Positions 45,689 through 55,747 of a stretch of 64,000 nt of DNA are shown here, in pieces. The translations under genes were made by a program, and so were the position numbers. The notes under the pieces are model-generated. The model ran no database searches, was not told the DNA's origin, and saw only the letters and a program-made list of their open reading frames with translations. The first letter of the stretch is position 1; every line of letters starts with the position of its first letter. This DNA comes from Acidobacteriota bacterium (lineage in GTDB: Bacteria; Acidobacteriota; UBA890; WLXD01): contig CBDFKD010000002.1 of assembly GCA_965248695.1 (NCBI GenBank), forward strand, positions 224,001-288,000, given 5' to 3'.

Positions 45689-48088
45689 ATGTGGACGGGT
45701 AGCGCGAGGCGGGCGCTGGTAGGAGCGGCGATTGGGCTATCCGTCGTGTACTGGCCGCCCGACGGTGCGCGCGCGACCCCATCGGAGGGCCAGACGGCGC
45801 CCGACTCTGGACTGCATGCGACCCTGATCGGAACTTACTGCACCAGTTGCCACAACGATCAGACCCTGAGCGGCGGACTGGCGCTCGACCGAGTCGACTT
45901 CGATCACCTCGGCGACGATGCCGAGATCTGGGAAAAGGTGGTCCGCAAGCTTCGCGCCCGGGCGATGCCCCCGGTTGGAACGCCGCGGCCCGACGAGGCC
46001 GCCTATGCGGACGTGCTGACGTACCTGGAGGCGGAGCTCGACCGCTCCGCAATGACGAACCCGGATCCGGGGCGTACCGACACGTTTCGCCGGCTCAACC
46101 GGACCGAGTATCAGAACGCGGTGCGAGATCTACTGGCACTCGACGTCGACGTAACCGCGCTGCTGCCCCGCGACGACGCCGCCTACGGATTCGACAACGT
46201 CAGCGCCGTGGGACTGTCGCCGATGCTCATGGAACGTTATCTGTCGGCCGCTCACAAGGTCAGCCGGGCGGCGGTCGGCAGCCCGTTGCCGGCCCCCGGG
46301 AGCTACGTCGCGGTGCTGCCGGCCGATCTCACCCAGGAAGACCACCTCGACGGCCTGCCGTTCGGCACACGCGGCGGGATGGCGGTGAGCTACCACTTCC
46401 CTCAGCAGGGCGAGTACGAGTTCCGAGTGCGTCTCTCCCGCAACCGCAACGAAAACGTCGAAGGCCTGACGGAGCCGCACGTGATGGAGCTATCGCTGGA
46501 TGGGGAGCGCCTCGAGCTGTTCACGATCACGCCGAACCGCAATCGTTTCGGCGACTACTATGCCGACGAAGATGTCGACCGAAACCTCGTGGTTCAGGTA
46601 CCTGTGGAGGCCGGACCGCATGTGGTGACCGCGACGTTCCTGAAGAAGAACTCGGCGCTCATCGAGACCGAGCGCAAGCCCTTCGCGGCACACTTCAATA
46701 TGGACCGACACCCTCGGATACAGCCCGGGGTGCGTTCGGTGGGAATAACCGGCCCGTTCGAGACCGGCGGGTCCGGCTCGACGCCGAGCCGCGAGCGAGT
46801 CTTCGTGTGCCGGCCGGCCAGCACCGCCACAGACGATGAGGCGGCATGTGCGCGCACCATCCTCGCGACCCTGGCACGGCGCGCGTATCGGCGCCCGGTG
46901 ACCGACGACGACGTCTCGGCGCTCATGGGGTTCTATGAGCGCGCCAACGCCACAGCCGGGTTCGAGGGCGGCGTCGAAACCGCGCTCAGGGCACTCCTGT
47001 CGAGCGCCGAGTTCCTGTTTCGTATCGAGCGCGACGCCGATCACGTGGCGGCCGGTACAGCGTATCGGCTCGACGATCTGGATCTGGCGACGCGGTTGTC
47101 GTTCTTTCTCTGGAGCAGCCTCCCGGACGACGAGCTGCTGACGGTGGCCGAGCGTGGCGAGCTCTCGAGCCCCGAAACGCTCGAGTTCCAGGTGCGCCGA
47201 ATGCTGGCGGACCCGCGAGCGGCGTCGCTCAGCACCAACTTCGCCGGGCAGTGGTTGCATCTGCGAAACCTGGATGCAGCCCGCCCGAACCTGCGATTGT
47301 TCCCCGATTTCGATGACAACCTGCGGCAGGGATTCCGTCGCGAGACCGAGCTGTTGTTCGACAGCGTCGTGCGCGAGGACCGCAGCGTCGTTGATCTGCT
47401 GACGGCCGACTACACGCATCTGAACGAGCGGCTCGCAGGGCACTACGGGATACCGAACGTCTATGGCGATCACTTTCGTCGAGTGCCGCTGCCCGACGGC
47501 AGCCAGCGAATCGGTCTACTCGGGCACGGCAGCATCCTGACGGTAACTTCGTATGCGACCCGCACCTCACCGGTGCTGCGCGGGAAATGGGTGCTCGACA
47601 ATGTTCTGGGGATGCCGCCACCGCCGCCACCGGCGACCGTGCCGCCGCTGCGGGAAAACAAGCCCGGACAACGGATTCTGTCGATGCGCGAACGCATGGT
47701 CGAGCATCGCGTCAACCCGGTGTGCGCCGCCTGTCATCAGCTGATGGATCCGGCCGGCCTGGCGATGGAGAACTTCGACGCCATCGGACGCTGGCGTGAT
47801 CACGGAGCTGCCCGCGCGTCGATCGACGCATCCGGAAGCTTGCCGGGTGGAGCGACCTTCGAGGGCATCGCCGGGCTGCGCGCCGCGCTGCTGGCCCGCC
47901 CGGAAGTATTCGTCGGCACGCTGACAGAAAAGTTGCTCACGTTTGCCCTCGGTCGCGGGGTCGACTATCGCGACGCCCCTGCCGTGCGCGCAGTTGTCCG
48001 AGAGGCAGCGCCGGCTGACTATAGGTTCTCGTCGCTGGTGCTCGCGATTACGAAGAGTCGTCCGTTTCAGATGCGGAGGTCGCAATGA
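45689..48088 (+). CDS. DUF1592/DUF1588/DUF1587-type protein with two CxxCH motifs
   Basis: CTSCH, RRLNRTEYQN, RLSFFLWSSLPD, TSPVLRGKWV and CAACH motifs. Confidence 0.88.
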   Translation: MWTGSARRALVGAAIGLSVVYWPPDGARATPSEGQTAPDSGLHATLIGTYCTSCHNDQTLSGGLALDRVDFDHLGDDAEIWEKVVRKLRARAMPPVGTPRPDEAAYADVLTYLEAELDRSAMTNPDPGRTDTFRRLNRTEYQNAVRDLLALDVDVTALLPRDDAAYGFDNVSAVGLSPMLMERYLSAAHKVSRAAVGSPLPAPGSYVAVLPADLTQEDHLDGLPFGTRGGMAVSYHFPQQGEYEFRVRLSRNRNENVEGLTEPHVMELSLDGERLELFTITPNRNRFGDYYADEDVDRNLVVQVPVEAGPHVVTATFLKKNSALIETERKPFAAHFNMDRHPRIQPGVRSVGITGPFETGGSGSTPSRERVFVCRPASTATDDEAACARTILATLARRAYRRPVTDDDVSALMGFYERANATAGFEGGVETALRALLSSAEFLFRIERDADHVAAGTAYRLDDLDLATRLSFFLWSSLPDDELLTVAERGELSSPETLEFQVRRMLADPRAASLSTNFAGQWLHLRNLDAARPNLRLFPDFDDNLRQGFRRETELLFDSVVREDRSVVDLLTADYTHLNERLAGHYGIPNVYGDHFRRVPLPDGSQRIGLLGHGSILTVTSYATRTSPVLRGKWVLDNVLGMPPPPPPATVPPLRENKPGQRILSMRERMVEHRVNPVCAACHQLMDPAGLAMENFDAIGRWRDHGAARASIDASGSLPGGATFEGIAGLRAALLARPEVFVGTLTEKLLTFALGRGVDYRDAPAVRAVVREAAPADYRFSSLVLAITKSRPFQMRRSQ

Positions 48089-49431
48089 TCGTCACCAAGA
48101 TGGCGCTGCCGCGCCGAACGTTCCTGCGGGGCCTCGGCGCGACCGTGGCGCTGCCGCTGCTGGACGCCATGGTGCCGGCGCTCTCCGCGGCCATCGGCAC
48201 GGCTGCGAACCCCGTGCGCCGGCTCGGGTACGTCTTCATCCCGATGGGGATGAACCCGGTGCCGTGGATCCCGCAGGGCGACGGCGCCATCACGGAGCTA
48301 TCGCCGTCGCTGGCGGCGCTGACGCCGTACCTCGATCACCTGAGCGTGGTCACCAACACCGAGCTGCGCAACGCCTACACTACCGGCAACCACGCGTCGT
48401 CGAACGCCGCGTTCCTGAGCTGTACCGGAGGCAAGCGGACCGAAGGCAGCGACTACGAGCTCGGCACCACCGTCGACCAGATCGCCGCCCAGCAGATCGG
48501 CGGCGACACGCCTATCCCGTCCCTCGAGCTGGGTACCGATCTGATCGCCCAGGTCGGCAATTGCGACAACGGATACGCCTGCGTCTACATGAACAGCTTG
48601 TCGTGGTCGTCGCCCACAACGCCGCTGCCACCAGAGGCCGACCCCCGGGCGGTCTTCGAACGGTTGTTCGGCGACGGCGGCACCGTGGAGCAGCGCAAAG
48701 CACAGATGAAGACCAACGCCAGCATCCTCGACTGGGTGATGCAAGACATGGCGCGCCTGCAATCGAAGCTCGGCGTCGGCGACCGCGCCAAGGTCGACGA
48801 GTACCTCGACACCGTGCGCGAGGTCGAGCGCCGCATTCAGCGGGCCGAGCAGGTTGTCGAATCCACGGCGTTGCCGGAGCTCGATCGGCCCGCGAGCGTA
48901 CCCGACTCCTGGGAAGAGCACGTCAAGCTCATGTTCGACCTGCAGGTGCTGGCGCTTCAGGCCGATATGACGCGGGTCATCACGTTTCAGCTGGCGCGCG
49001 AGGGCAGCACCAGGACCTACCCGCATATCGGCGTGCCGGAGCCGCATCACCCGGTGTCACACCATGTGAACGACCCCGTGAAGCTGGCCAAGCTGGCCAA
49101 GATCAACGCGTATCACGTTTCGCTGTTCGGGTACTTGCTGGAGAAGCTGCGATCGACGCCGGATGGCGACGGTACGTTGCTCGACCACACGACGTACCTG
49201 CTCGGAAGCGGCATGGGGAATCCGGACGTGCACGACCACACCAACTTACCGATCGTCGTCGCCCGCGGCGGCGCCGGCCGAGTCAAAGGCGGCTGGCACA
49301 TCCGCTATGACGAGCCTACGCCGCTGGCCAATCTGCATCTGACGCTGCTGGATCACGTCGGCGTACACCTGGATAGCTTTGTCGACAGTACCGGGCGCGC
49401 CGGTGAAGTGCTCGAGCCACTGAGCCTCTGA
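48085..49431 (+). CDS. DUF1552 protein with Tat-like N-terminus
   Basis: PRRTFLRGLGATVALPLLDAM, GNCDNGYAC and TRVITF; usual partner of DUF1592 proteins. Confidence 0.88.
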   Translation: MIVTKMALPRRTFLRGLGATVALPLLDAMVPALSAAIGTAANPVRRLGYVFIPMGMNPVPWIPQGDGAITELSPSLAALTPYLDHLSVVTNTELRNAYTTGNHASSNAAFLSCTGGKRTEGSDYELGTTVDQIAAQQIGGDTPIPSLELGTDLIAQVGNCDNGYACVYMNSLSWSSPTTPLPPEADPRAVFERLFGDGGTVEQRKAQMKTNASILDWVMQDMARLQSKLGVGDRAKVDEYLDTVREVERRIQRAEQVVESTALPELDRPASVPDSWEEHVKLMFDLQVLALQADMTRVITFQLAREGSTRTYPHIGVPEPHHPVSHHVNDPVKLAKLAKINAYHVSLFGYLLEKLRSTPDGDGTLLDHTTYLLGSGMGNPDVHDHTNLPIVVARGGAGRVKGGWHIRYDEPTPLANLHLTLLDHVGVHLDSFVDSTGRAGEVLEPLSL

Positions 49432-49438
49432 CCGCCCG

Positions 49439-50977
49439 ATGTCTGCCGACGACGTGCTGACCGCCTTGACGCGAAGGTGCGGCTCGCTTGCAATGATCGT
49501 CGCAGTCGCCGTCACAGTCGGCGGTCCCCTGGCAGCCAGCGAATTGGAGCTAGTCGGTGCCGTCCAACGCGGCGACGTCGAAGCCGTGCGGGCGCTGCTT
49601 GCCGACGGGGCGGAGATCGACGAGCCTCAGGCGGACGGGACCACGGCGCTTCATTGGGCGGCCTATCGAGACGACGTCGAGATGGTCGCGCTGCTACTCG
49701 ACTCGGGGGCCACTGTCGACTCGACCAACCGCTACGGTGTGCAACCGATCTCGCTGGCCGCCGTCAACGGCAACGCATCGATCCTTGCAGCTCTGTTGAG
49801 TGCTGGCGCAGACGCCAACGCGACGCTCGAGGAAGGCGAGACCGTCCTGATGACGGCATCACGCACCGGCAGGCTGGCGGCGGTCAAGCTCTTGCTGGCG
49901 CACGGAGCCGACGCCAACGCGATCGAGACCTGGCGCGGCCAGACAGCGCTGATGTGGGCCGCCGCCGAGGGCCACACCGACGTGATCAAGGCGTTGCTGG
50001 CGCACCATGCGGACGTGCACGTGGCGTCTGACAAGGCGTTCACGGCATTGCTGTTCGCAGCCCGTCAAGGGCACGTAGCCGCGGTCGAGATGCTGCTCGA
50101 TGGCGGCGCCAGCCTGGAGGAGTCGCTGACGGTCAACGCCAGGCGAACAGCCGGCGGGCTGGAGCGTGACCCGGCCTCCGAGGCCGGGGTCAACGCCTTT
50201 CTGCTCGCGGTGGGCAACGCGCACTACGAGCTCGCCGCCATGCTCCTTGATCGCGGAGCCGACCCGGACGTTGCGCCGCGTGGCTGGACCGCCCTCCATC
50301 AGGTCACCTGGGTACGGAAAGCTGGTAATGCCGGCAGCAACGACCCGGCGCCCGAGGGCTCCGGCACCATGACGAGCCTCGATTTCGTCCGCCGGCTGGT
50401 GGCCGGCGGCGCCGACCTCAACGCCCGAGTGACGAAGCGTCCACCCGCCGGAATCACGTCACTGAACTTCGCCGGCGGGACTCCGTTCTTGCTCGCTGCG
50501 CGCACCGCAGATGTCGAATATATGCGCCTGCTGGTGGACCTCGGCGCCGATCCGCTGCTGACCAACGACGACGGCTCGACGCCACTGATGGTCGCCGCCG
50601 GCCTCGGAACCTCTTCGCCCGGGGAGGACCCGGGAACGGAGCCCGAGGTGATCGAAGCGGTCAAGCTGGCGCTCGAGCTCGGAGGCGACATCAACGCGGT
50701 CGACGTCAAGGGCGAGACCGCGATGCACGGGGCCGCCTACAAGGCGGTGCCGCAAGTGGTGCGGCTGCTCGCCGCCGAGGGAGCCGACATCACGATCTGG
50801 AATCGGCAGAACTCGCGGGGTTGGACGCCGCTGAAGATCGCCGAAGGGGTGCACCGCGGCATGAACATCATCATTTCACGGCCCACAGCGGCGGCGTTCC
50901 GTGAGGTGATGCTCCACGAGGGCGTCGATCCGGTCACCGATGCTGAAGGAGACACGCGTCCTGGCGGAAGCCGCTGA
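49439..50977 (+). CDS. Ankyrin repeat protein
   Basis: Repeated GTTALHWAA, GQTALMWAA, TALLFAA and TPLMVAA units. Confidence 0.92.
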   Translation: MSADDVLTALTRRCGSLAMIVAVAVTVGGPLAASELELVGAVQRGDVEAVRALLADGAEIDEPQADGTTALHWAAYRDDVEMVALLLDSGATVDSTNRYGVQPISLAAVNGNASILAALLSAGADANATLEEGETVLMTASRTGRLAAVKLLLAHGADANAIETWRGQTALMWAAAEGHTDVIKALLAHHADVHVASDKAFTALLFAARQGHVAAVEMLLDGGASLEESLTVNARRTAGGLERDPASEAGVNAFLLAVGNAHYELAAMLLDRGADPDVAPRGWTALHQVTWVRKAGNAGSNDPAPEGSGTMTSLDFVRRLVAGGADLNARVTKRPPAGITSLNFAGGTPFLLAARTADVEYMRLLVDLGADPLLTNDDGSTPLMVAAGLGTSSPGEDPGTEPEVIEAVKLALELGGDINAVDVKGETAMHGAAYKAVPQVVRLLAAEGADITIWNRQNSRGWTPLKIAEGVHRGMNIIISRPTAAAFREVMLHEGVDPVTDAEGDTRPGGSR

Positions 50978-51056
50978 CCGGGGCCGGTCCGTCCGCGAGT
51001 GTCGCGCAGCGTTGCCGGGAACCGGGAAACCTCGCTAGGGGTCCCGTTACCGGTCT

Positions 51057-52691
51057 CTAGTCTCCGAGACCGAACGCGAAGACCGCGTTCCCGGCCGCGA
51101 TCGACACGAACTGCTGGCCGTTCACGGCGTAGGTTATCGGCGCCGCGTGAACGTGCCCGCCGACGTTCACGTGCCACAGCTCCTCACCGCTGTCGGCGTC
51201 GAGGGCGAAGAAGTAGCCTCCGACCGTGCCTCCGAAGACAAGACCTCCGGCGGTCGACAGCAACCCTGATGTGGATCGAGGCGCGATCGGGAACTCCCAA
51301 CGGATGTCACCGGTCGCCGGCTCGATGGCGCGGATGGCGCTGTAGTACTCGTCGGGCGGGGCCAGCCGACGCCCGGAGCCGCCCGAAAACCACTCGCCCT
51401 CGACGTACTCCTGTTCGCGTTTGAAGTATTCCTGTTCACCATCATAGGCATTGACATAGAACAGGCCGCTGAGTGGGCTGAACGCCGGCGACCACCAGTT
51501 GGTGGCGCCGCCGATGGTCGGCGCTACCACGACCCCTTCCAGAGAAGGTTCGAGGCCCGGGAACCGGATCGGTCGGCCGCGCTCATCGAGGCCCTCGGCC
51601 CAGGTTTGCTTGGCGAAAGCCTCGCCGACCAGGAACTCGCCGGTTCGTCGGTCGAGCGTGTAGTAGAAACCGTTGCGATTCGCCCACATCATCGTCTTGC
51701 GAGCCTCGCCGTCGACGGTGATATCGCCGAGGACAGGAACCTGGATCGCGTCCCAGTCATGGACATCATGCGGTGTGAACTGGAAGTGCCATCGCAGCTC
51801 GCCGGTATCGGCGTCGATCGCCAGGGCGGAGTCCGAATACAGGTTGTCCCCCATCCGGTTGTCGCCGTTCCAGTCAGGACCGGGATTTCCCGTGCCCCAG
51901 TAGATCAACTCGAGATCCGGATCGTAGGAGCCGGTGATCCACGTCGGAGCACCCCCCGTTCGCCACGAGTCGCCCGCCCAGGTCGCATTGTCCGGGTGCT
52001 CCGGCCCGGGAATCGTCCAGGCACGCCAGCGGTGCTCGCCGGAAGCGGCGTCATAGGAATCGAGGAAGCCGCGAATGCCGTATTCGCCACCGGCAATGCC
52101 GGTGACCACCTGGTCCTTGACGATGAGCGGCGCCGCGGTCTTGCTATATCCGGAGCTGTGCTCCGCCACCTCGCGATTCCACAGCAGGTTGCCGCTTCGC
52201 GCATCGATGGCGACGAGATGCGCATCCAGCGTGCTCATGTAGAGCGTCTCGCCGAGGATCGCCACGCCACGATTGTTGCGACCGCAGCAAATCCGCAAAT
52301 CGTCCGGCAGCGCATGGTCATAGCGCCAGAAAGGCCGTCCGGTCGCAGCGTGGAGCGCGACGACATTGCTCGGTGCTTCGGTGACGAACATGACCCCGTC
52401 GACGACCAACGGCGTAGTCTCGGCACGATCGATCTGTGGGATCTGATACGCCCACTTCAGCTCGAGCTGCGCCACGTTGCCGGCGTGCACACCGTCGAGT
52501 CGACTGTGCCGCTGGCTGTCGAGCGTCCCGGAGTACATCAGCCAGTTCTCCGGCTCGTCAGCGGCATTCAGCAGTCGCTCCCAGGTCACCGGCGACAGCG
52601 CCGGCGTCGCCTCGCTCGTTCCCGCCGGCTCCTGCGCCGCTACCAGCTGCACGGAGACGACCGCGATGAAGACGAACGGGAGTCGTTTCAT
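51057..52691 (-). CDS. PQQ-dependent alcohol/methanol-family dehydrogenase
   Basis: Signal peptide, ETTPLVVDG, ICCGRNNRG (vicinal Cys pair), GTGNPGP, HDVHDWD and Trp-docking repeats. Confidence 0.9.
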   Translation of the reverse strand: MKRLPFVFIAVVSVQLVAAQEPAGTSEATPALSPVTWERLLNAADEPENWLMYSGTLDSQRHSRLDGVHAGNVAQLELKWAYQIPQIDRAETTPLVVDGVMFVTEAPSNVVALHAATGRPFWRYDHALPDDLRICCGRNNRGVAILGETLYMSTLDAHLVAIDARSGNLLWNREVAEHSSGYSKTAAPLIVKDQVVTGIAGGEYGIRGFLDSYDAASGEHRWRAWTIPGPEHPDNATWAGDSWRTGGAPTWITGSYDPDLELIYWGTGNPGPDWNGDNRMGDNLYSDSALAIDADTGELRWHFQFTPHDVHDWDAIQVPVLGDITVDGEARKTMMWANRNGFYYTLDRRTGEFLVGEAFAKQTWAEGLDERGRPIRFPGLEPSLEGVVVAPTIGGATNWWSPAFSPLSGLFYVNAYDGEQEYFKREQEYVEGEWFSGGSGRRLAPPDEYYSAIRAIEPATGDIRWEFPIAPRSTSGLLSTAGGLVFGGTVGGYFFALDADSGEELWHVNVGGHVHAAPITYAVNGQQFVSIAAGNAVFAFGLGD

Positions 52692-52810
52692 GATGACCGC
52701 CCTTTGCGGAGCGAGAAGAGGTAGGCAACGAGGTCGTCCACCTCGTCTGCTGTGAGACTGTCCGCGTAGCTCGGCATGCTCGACGTTTTGGTCCGCTCGC
52801 TCGCCTGGGT

Positions 52811-54214
52811 GAGTTATTTGCAAATGTTGTGGATCGGTGGATTTGTTCAGGCGGCGTCTTCGCTAGCGATCAGGTGAACTCCATCGACGAATGTGGCGCC
52901 CTCGAGTACGAGGGCAGTGAGGTGAGGAGCGTTGATGCGGCGCCATCGTTGCTGTGCCATCTCCAGGAGCTTGAATGCCATCGTCAGCGCCTTGGTGCGT
53001 GAGCCGGCGCCCTTGGTGACGCGTTGTCTCAGGCGTACGGTGGCGAACGCCGACTCGATCGGGTTGGCCGTGCGCAGATGAACCCAGTGGTCGGCGGGGA
53101 AGTCGTAGAACGTCAGCAGCTTGTCGGAGTCGCGTTGCAACGACGCCACGGCCTTGGAGTACTTGGCGCCGTAGTCGGCTGCGAACCGCGCCATGCCCTC
53201 CTGAGCATCCTCGCGCGTTGGCGCACCGATGATCTCGTGCAGCGCGCGCTTGGCTTTGGCCTGCAGCCGCCTCGGTAGCTTGTCGAGCACGTTGCCAAGC
53301 CGATGCACCCAGCATCGTTGCTCTCGAGTCTGGGGCCATACATCCCGCACCGCCGCCCAGAACCCCAGCGCCCCATCACCCACTGCCACGAGCGGCGCCC
53401 GCATGCCTCGACGCTTCAGCTCCCGGAGCACGAACGCCCAGCTCTCGGTGCTCTCTCGATACCCGTCCTCGACCGCGATGAGCTCCTTGGTTCCGTCCGG
53501 CAAAACGCCCAGGATCACCAGCGTGCACAGCCGATCATCCTCGAGTCGAATGTTGAAGTGCACACCGTCCGCCCACACGTATACGTACTGCTTGGTGGAC
53601 AGATCCAGCTTCCGGAATGCCTCGTACTCCGTGCTCCAGGCGTTCGTCAGCCGGCAGATCGCCGATGCCGACAGCCCGCTGGCTTCCTGTCCCAGTAAGA
53701 TCGGCAGCGCCTCCTTGAAGTCGCCCGTCGACAGGCCCCGCAGGTACAGCACCGGCAGCACCTCCGCCACCTTCGGCGAGCGCCGCATGTAGGGCGGCAG
53801 GATCCGACTGCTGAACCGCTGCCTCAGTCCCTGCTCGTCGAGCCGCTTGTCGTTGACCCGTGGCGCGGCTACTTGCACCGTCCCGCACCCCAACGTGATC
53901 TTGCGTGCGCGAGCCCGACCGTTGCGTACCACTTGCCGACGGCCGGCTTCATCCAGTTGCCCGGCGTGGCTCTGGATATACTCCTGAACCTCCCACTCCA
54001 GTGCTGTTGCCAGCATCTGCAGCGCGCCCTGCCGGGCGAGCTCATCGACGTCCAGTGTCAGCTGTCCTTCCTCCGCGTCCGATCCACCGATAATCTTGAG
54101 CACGAGTGGCGTCTCCTTCCCGGCCTCCACAGCCGGCTGCTGGTTGTTGATGATCCCAGCGAAGGTTACGCCGCCTTTCTTTTTCCTCCCATCCACAACT
54201 TCCGGTTATATCTC
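52811..54214 (-). mobile_element. IS256-family insertion sequence (1404 bp)
   Basis: 9-bp direct repeat CGCCTGGGT at 52802-52810 and 54215-54223. Imperfect terminal IRs (22/31) start GAG and share GTTGTGGAT. Confidence 0.93.
52847..54103 (-). CDS. IS256-family (Mutator-type) DDE transposase
   Basis: YLRGLSTGDF, YVWADG, ESTESW, VGDGALGFW, QRCWVH and RTANPIES motifs. GTG start after GGAAGGAG. Confidence 0.93.
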   Translation of the reverse strand: MLKIIGGSDAEEGQLTLDVDELARQGALQMLATALEWEVQEYIQSHAGQLDEAGRRQVVRNGRARARKITLGCGTVQVAAPRVNDKRLDEQGLRQRFSSRILPPYMRRSPKVAEVLPVLYLRGLSTGDFKEALPILLGQEASGLSASAICRLTNAWSTEYEAFRKLDLSTKQYVYVWADGVHFNIRLEDDRLCTLVILGVLPDGTKELIAVEDGYRESTESWAFVLRELKRRGMRAPLVAVGDGALGFWAAVRDVWPQTREQRCWVHRLGNVLDKLPRRLQAKAKRALHEIIGAPTREDAQEGMARFAADYGAKYSKAVASLQRDSDKLLTFYDFPADHWVHLRTANPIESAFATVRLRQRVTKGAGSRTKALTMAFKLLEMAQQRWRRINAPHLTALVLEGATFVDGVHLIASEDAA

Positions 54215-54953
54215 CGCCTGGGTCTGGTTCTTGGCGAAATGCCAGAGCTTCTCCCCTTCGTCCATGATGCTGAGGGAGAAGGTGTCCTCGTTCATCCGTA
54301 GGCCCTCGATGACCGCGCCGTCGCTGCGCGTGACCCGCAGCGTCCACCAGCGCGGGGCGACCTCTTCGTCGGGGGCGAGCAGGTCGGTCTCGAGCTCTCC
54401 CGGGTCGCGGCGGTTGGCCACCGTCGACAGGTCGGGACCGAGCCGGCCGCGCTTGCCGTCGACCATGTGGCAGCTGGTGCAATTCCCCTTGTCGCCGAAG
54501 ATCTCCTCCCCGGCGCTGACGCTACCGGGCAGGTCGTAGTCGCCAGGGTCGAGGTTCAACGAATGGATGTACGCGATGACCTGCCAGACAGTCTGATCGG
54601 GGGCGGTCGGGCTGATCCCCATCATCGCGGTGCCATCGATGCCGTCGCGAACGACGGCAAAGAGCCCGGCGTCGGTGCTTGCGGTGACGAACGTGCCAGT
54701 GGTCAGGTCAGGTGCCCCGGTCTCGCCACCGCCAGTCCCGTCGAGCCCGTGGCATCGGCCACACTGCGCCTGGTACACGCGCCGGCCCATGCGAACATCG
54801 ACCGAAGTCGTAAGCACGTTTTCCTGGGCAGCTACCGGTAACGCCGCGGCAGCACTGATCAGCAGGCCACCGATGAGACCCTTCCCGATCGCTCCGATCA
54901 TCTGTGAGGACATGCCGGCATTCTGCCAACGGCGCGCTCGCGCGACAACCGGA

Positions 54954-55685
54954 CTAGCGGCACTCGTCGGACAGGCTCGACAGCGCCGTGACGTTGAGGG
55001 CGTCCCGATCACCGCGGATGAGAAACCCCTTCACCTCGACGCGGTGCCCCTCCAGATCATCCGGGCGCGGAAACACGTACAGGAGCTCGAACGCCGCCGC
55101 ACCGCGCAACGTCGTGATCGAGCCGGGCCGCGCCTCGCCGGTCGATGCATCGGGGTTCCGGGTGCGTGTGGGGCGGCTCGCGCGCGTGACGATCCAGGCA
55201 TCGTCCGGCCCTCGGGTCAGGCAACCGACCACCTGCACCAGCGAATGGTCGGGTACTTCCTGCGGACCCTCGGCGCCCTCCAGCAGAACCGTTGCGAGGT
55301 CGTCCAGGCGCAGATCTTCCGCTCCGCTCGGGAATCCGTTGGTGTGGAGGACGTAACTCAGGATGTCCAGGTAGACGCGGTCTCCGAGGCTTGCTGCGGC
55401 CTCAGGAGGCATGGTGCGGACGAAATCGAACAGCCCCGCGAGCGGCAGTCCGGTCCAGGCGCGCACAAAGCCCTCTCCGACCAACGCGTTGGCGCTGTCG
55501 CCCTGCAGGTCGACTCCATGGCAGGAGGAGCAGTCAGCCTCGTAGCCCGCCTGGCCGCGCTCGACCTGCGCCACGCTGAAGACCGCACTGCCCGCCGTCG
55601 CCCCATCCTGGGACGCAGCTGGCACAGCGAATGAGCCGATCACGAGACCGGCGGCCAGCGGAACGCGAATCAGAGACAGGCGCAT
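54954..55685 (-). CDS. Periplasmic cytochrome c with C-terminal beta domain
   Basis: Signal peptide, CSSCH and the distal ligand motif RTMP. Confidence 0.85.
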   Translation of the reverse strand: MRLSLIRVPLAAGLVIGSFAVPAASQDGATAGSAVFSVAQVERGQAGYEADCSSCHGVDLQGDSANALVGEGFVRAWTGLPLAGLFDFVRTMPPEAAASLGDRVYLDILSYVLHTNGFPSGAEDLRLDDLATVLLEGAEGPQEVPDHSLVQVVGCLTRGPDDAWIVTRASRPTRTRNPDASTGEARPGSITTLRGAAAFELLYVFPRPDDLEGHRVEVKGFLIRGDRDALNVTALSSLSDECR

Positions 55686-55747
55686 GCTTCTGAGGGTACG
55701 CTTCCGGACCGGTCACCGGACCGCCTCGGTGTGGAATCTTGCCGGAT

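Larger units (their letters stand above)
52688..54913 (-). pseudogene. Diheme cytochrome c interrupted by IS256
   Basis: CGRCH and CTSCH motifs. Removing the IS and one TSD restores ...KNQTQA-SERTKTSSMPSYADSLTADEVDDLVAYLFSLRKGRSS*, whose TGA overlaps the dehydrogenase ATG. Confidence 0.9.

Noticed and set aside
51035-51060. CTAG-bounded weak hairpin between the convergent ankyrin and PQQ genes as a third repeat family
   Set aside because: Single, short and imperfect; it cannot be told apart from a terminator or chance.
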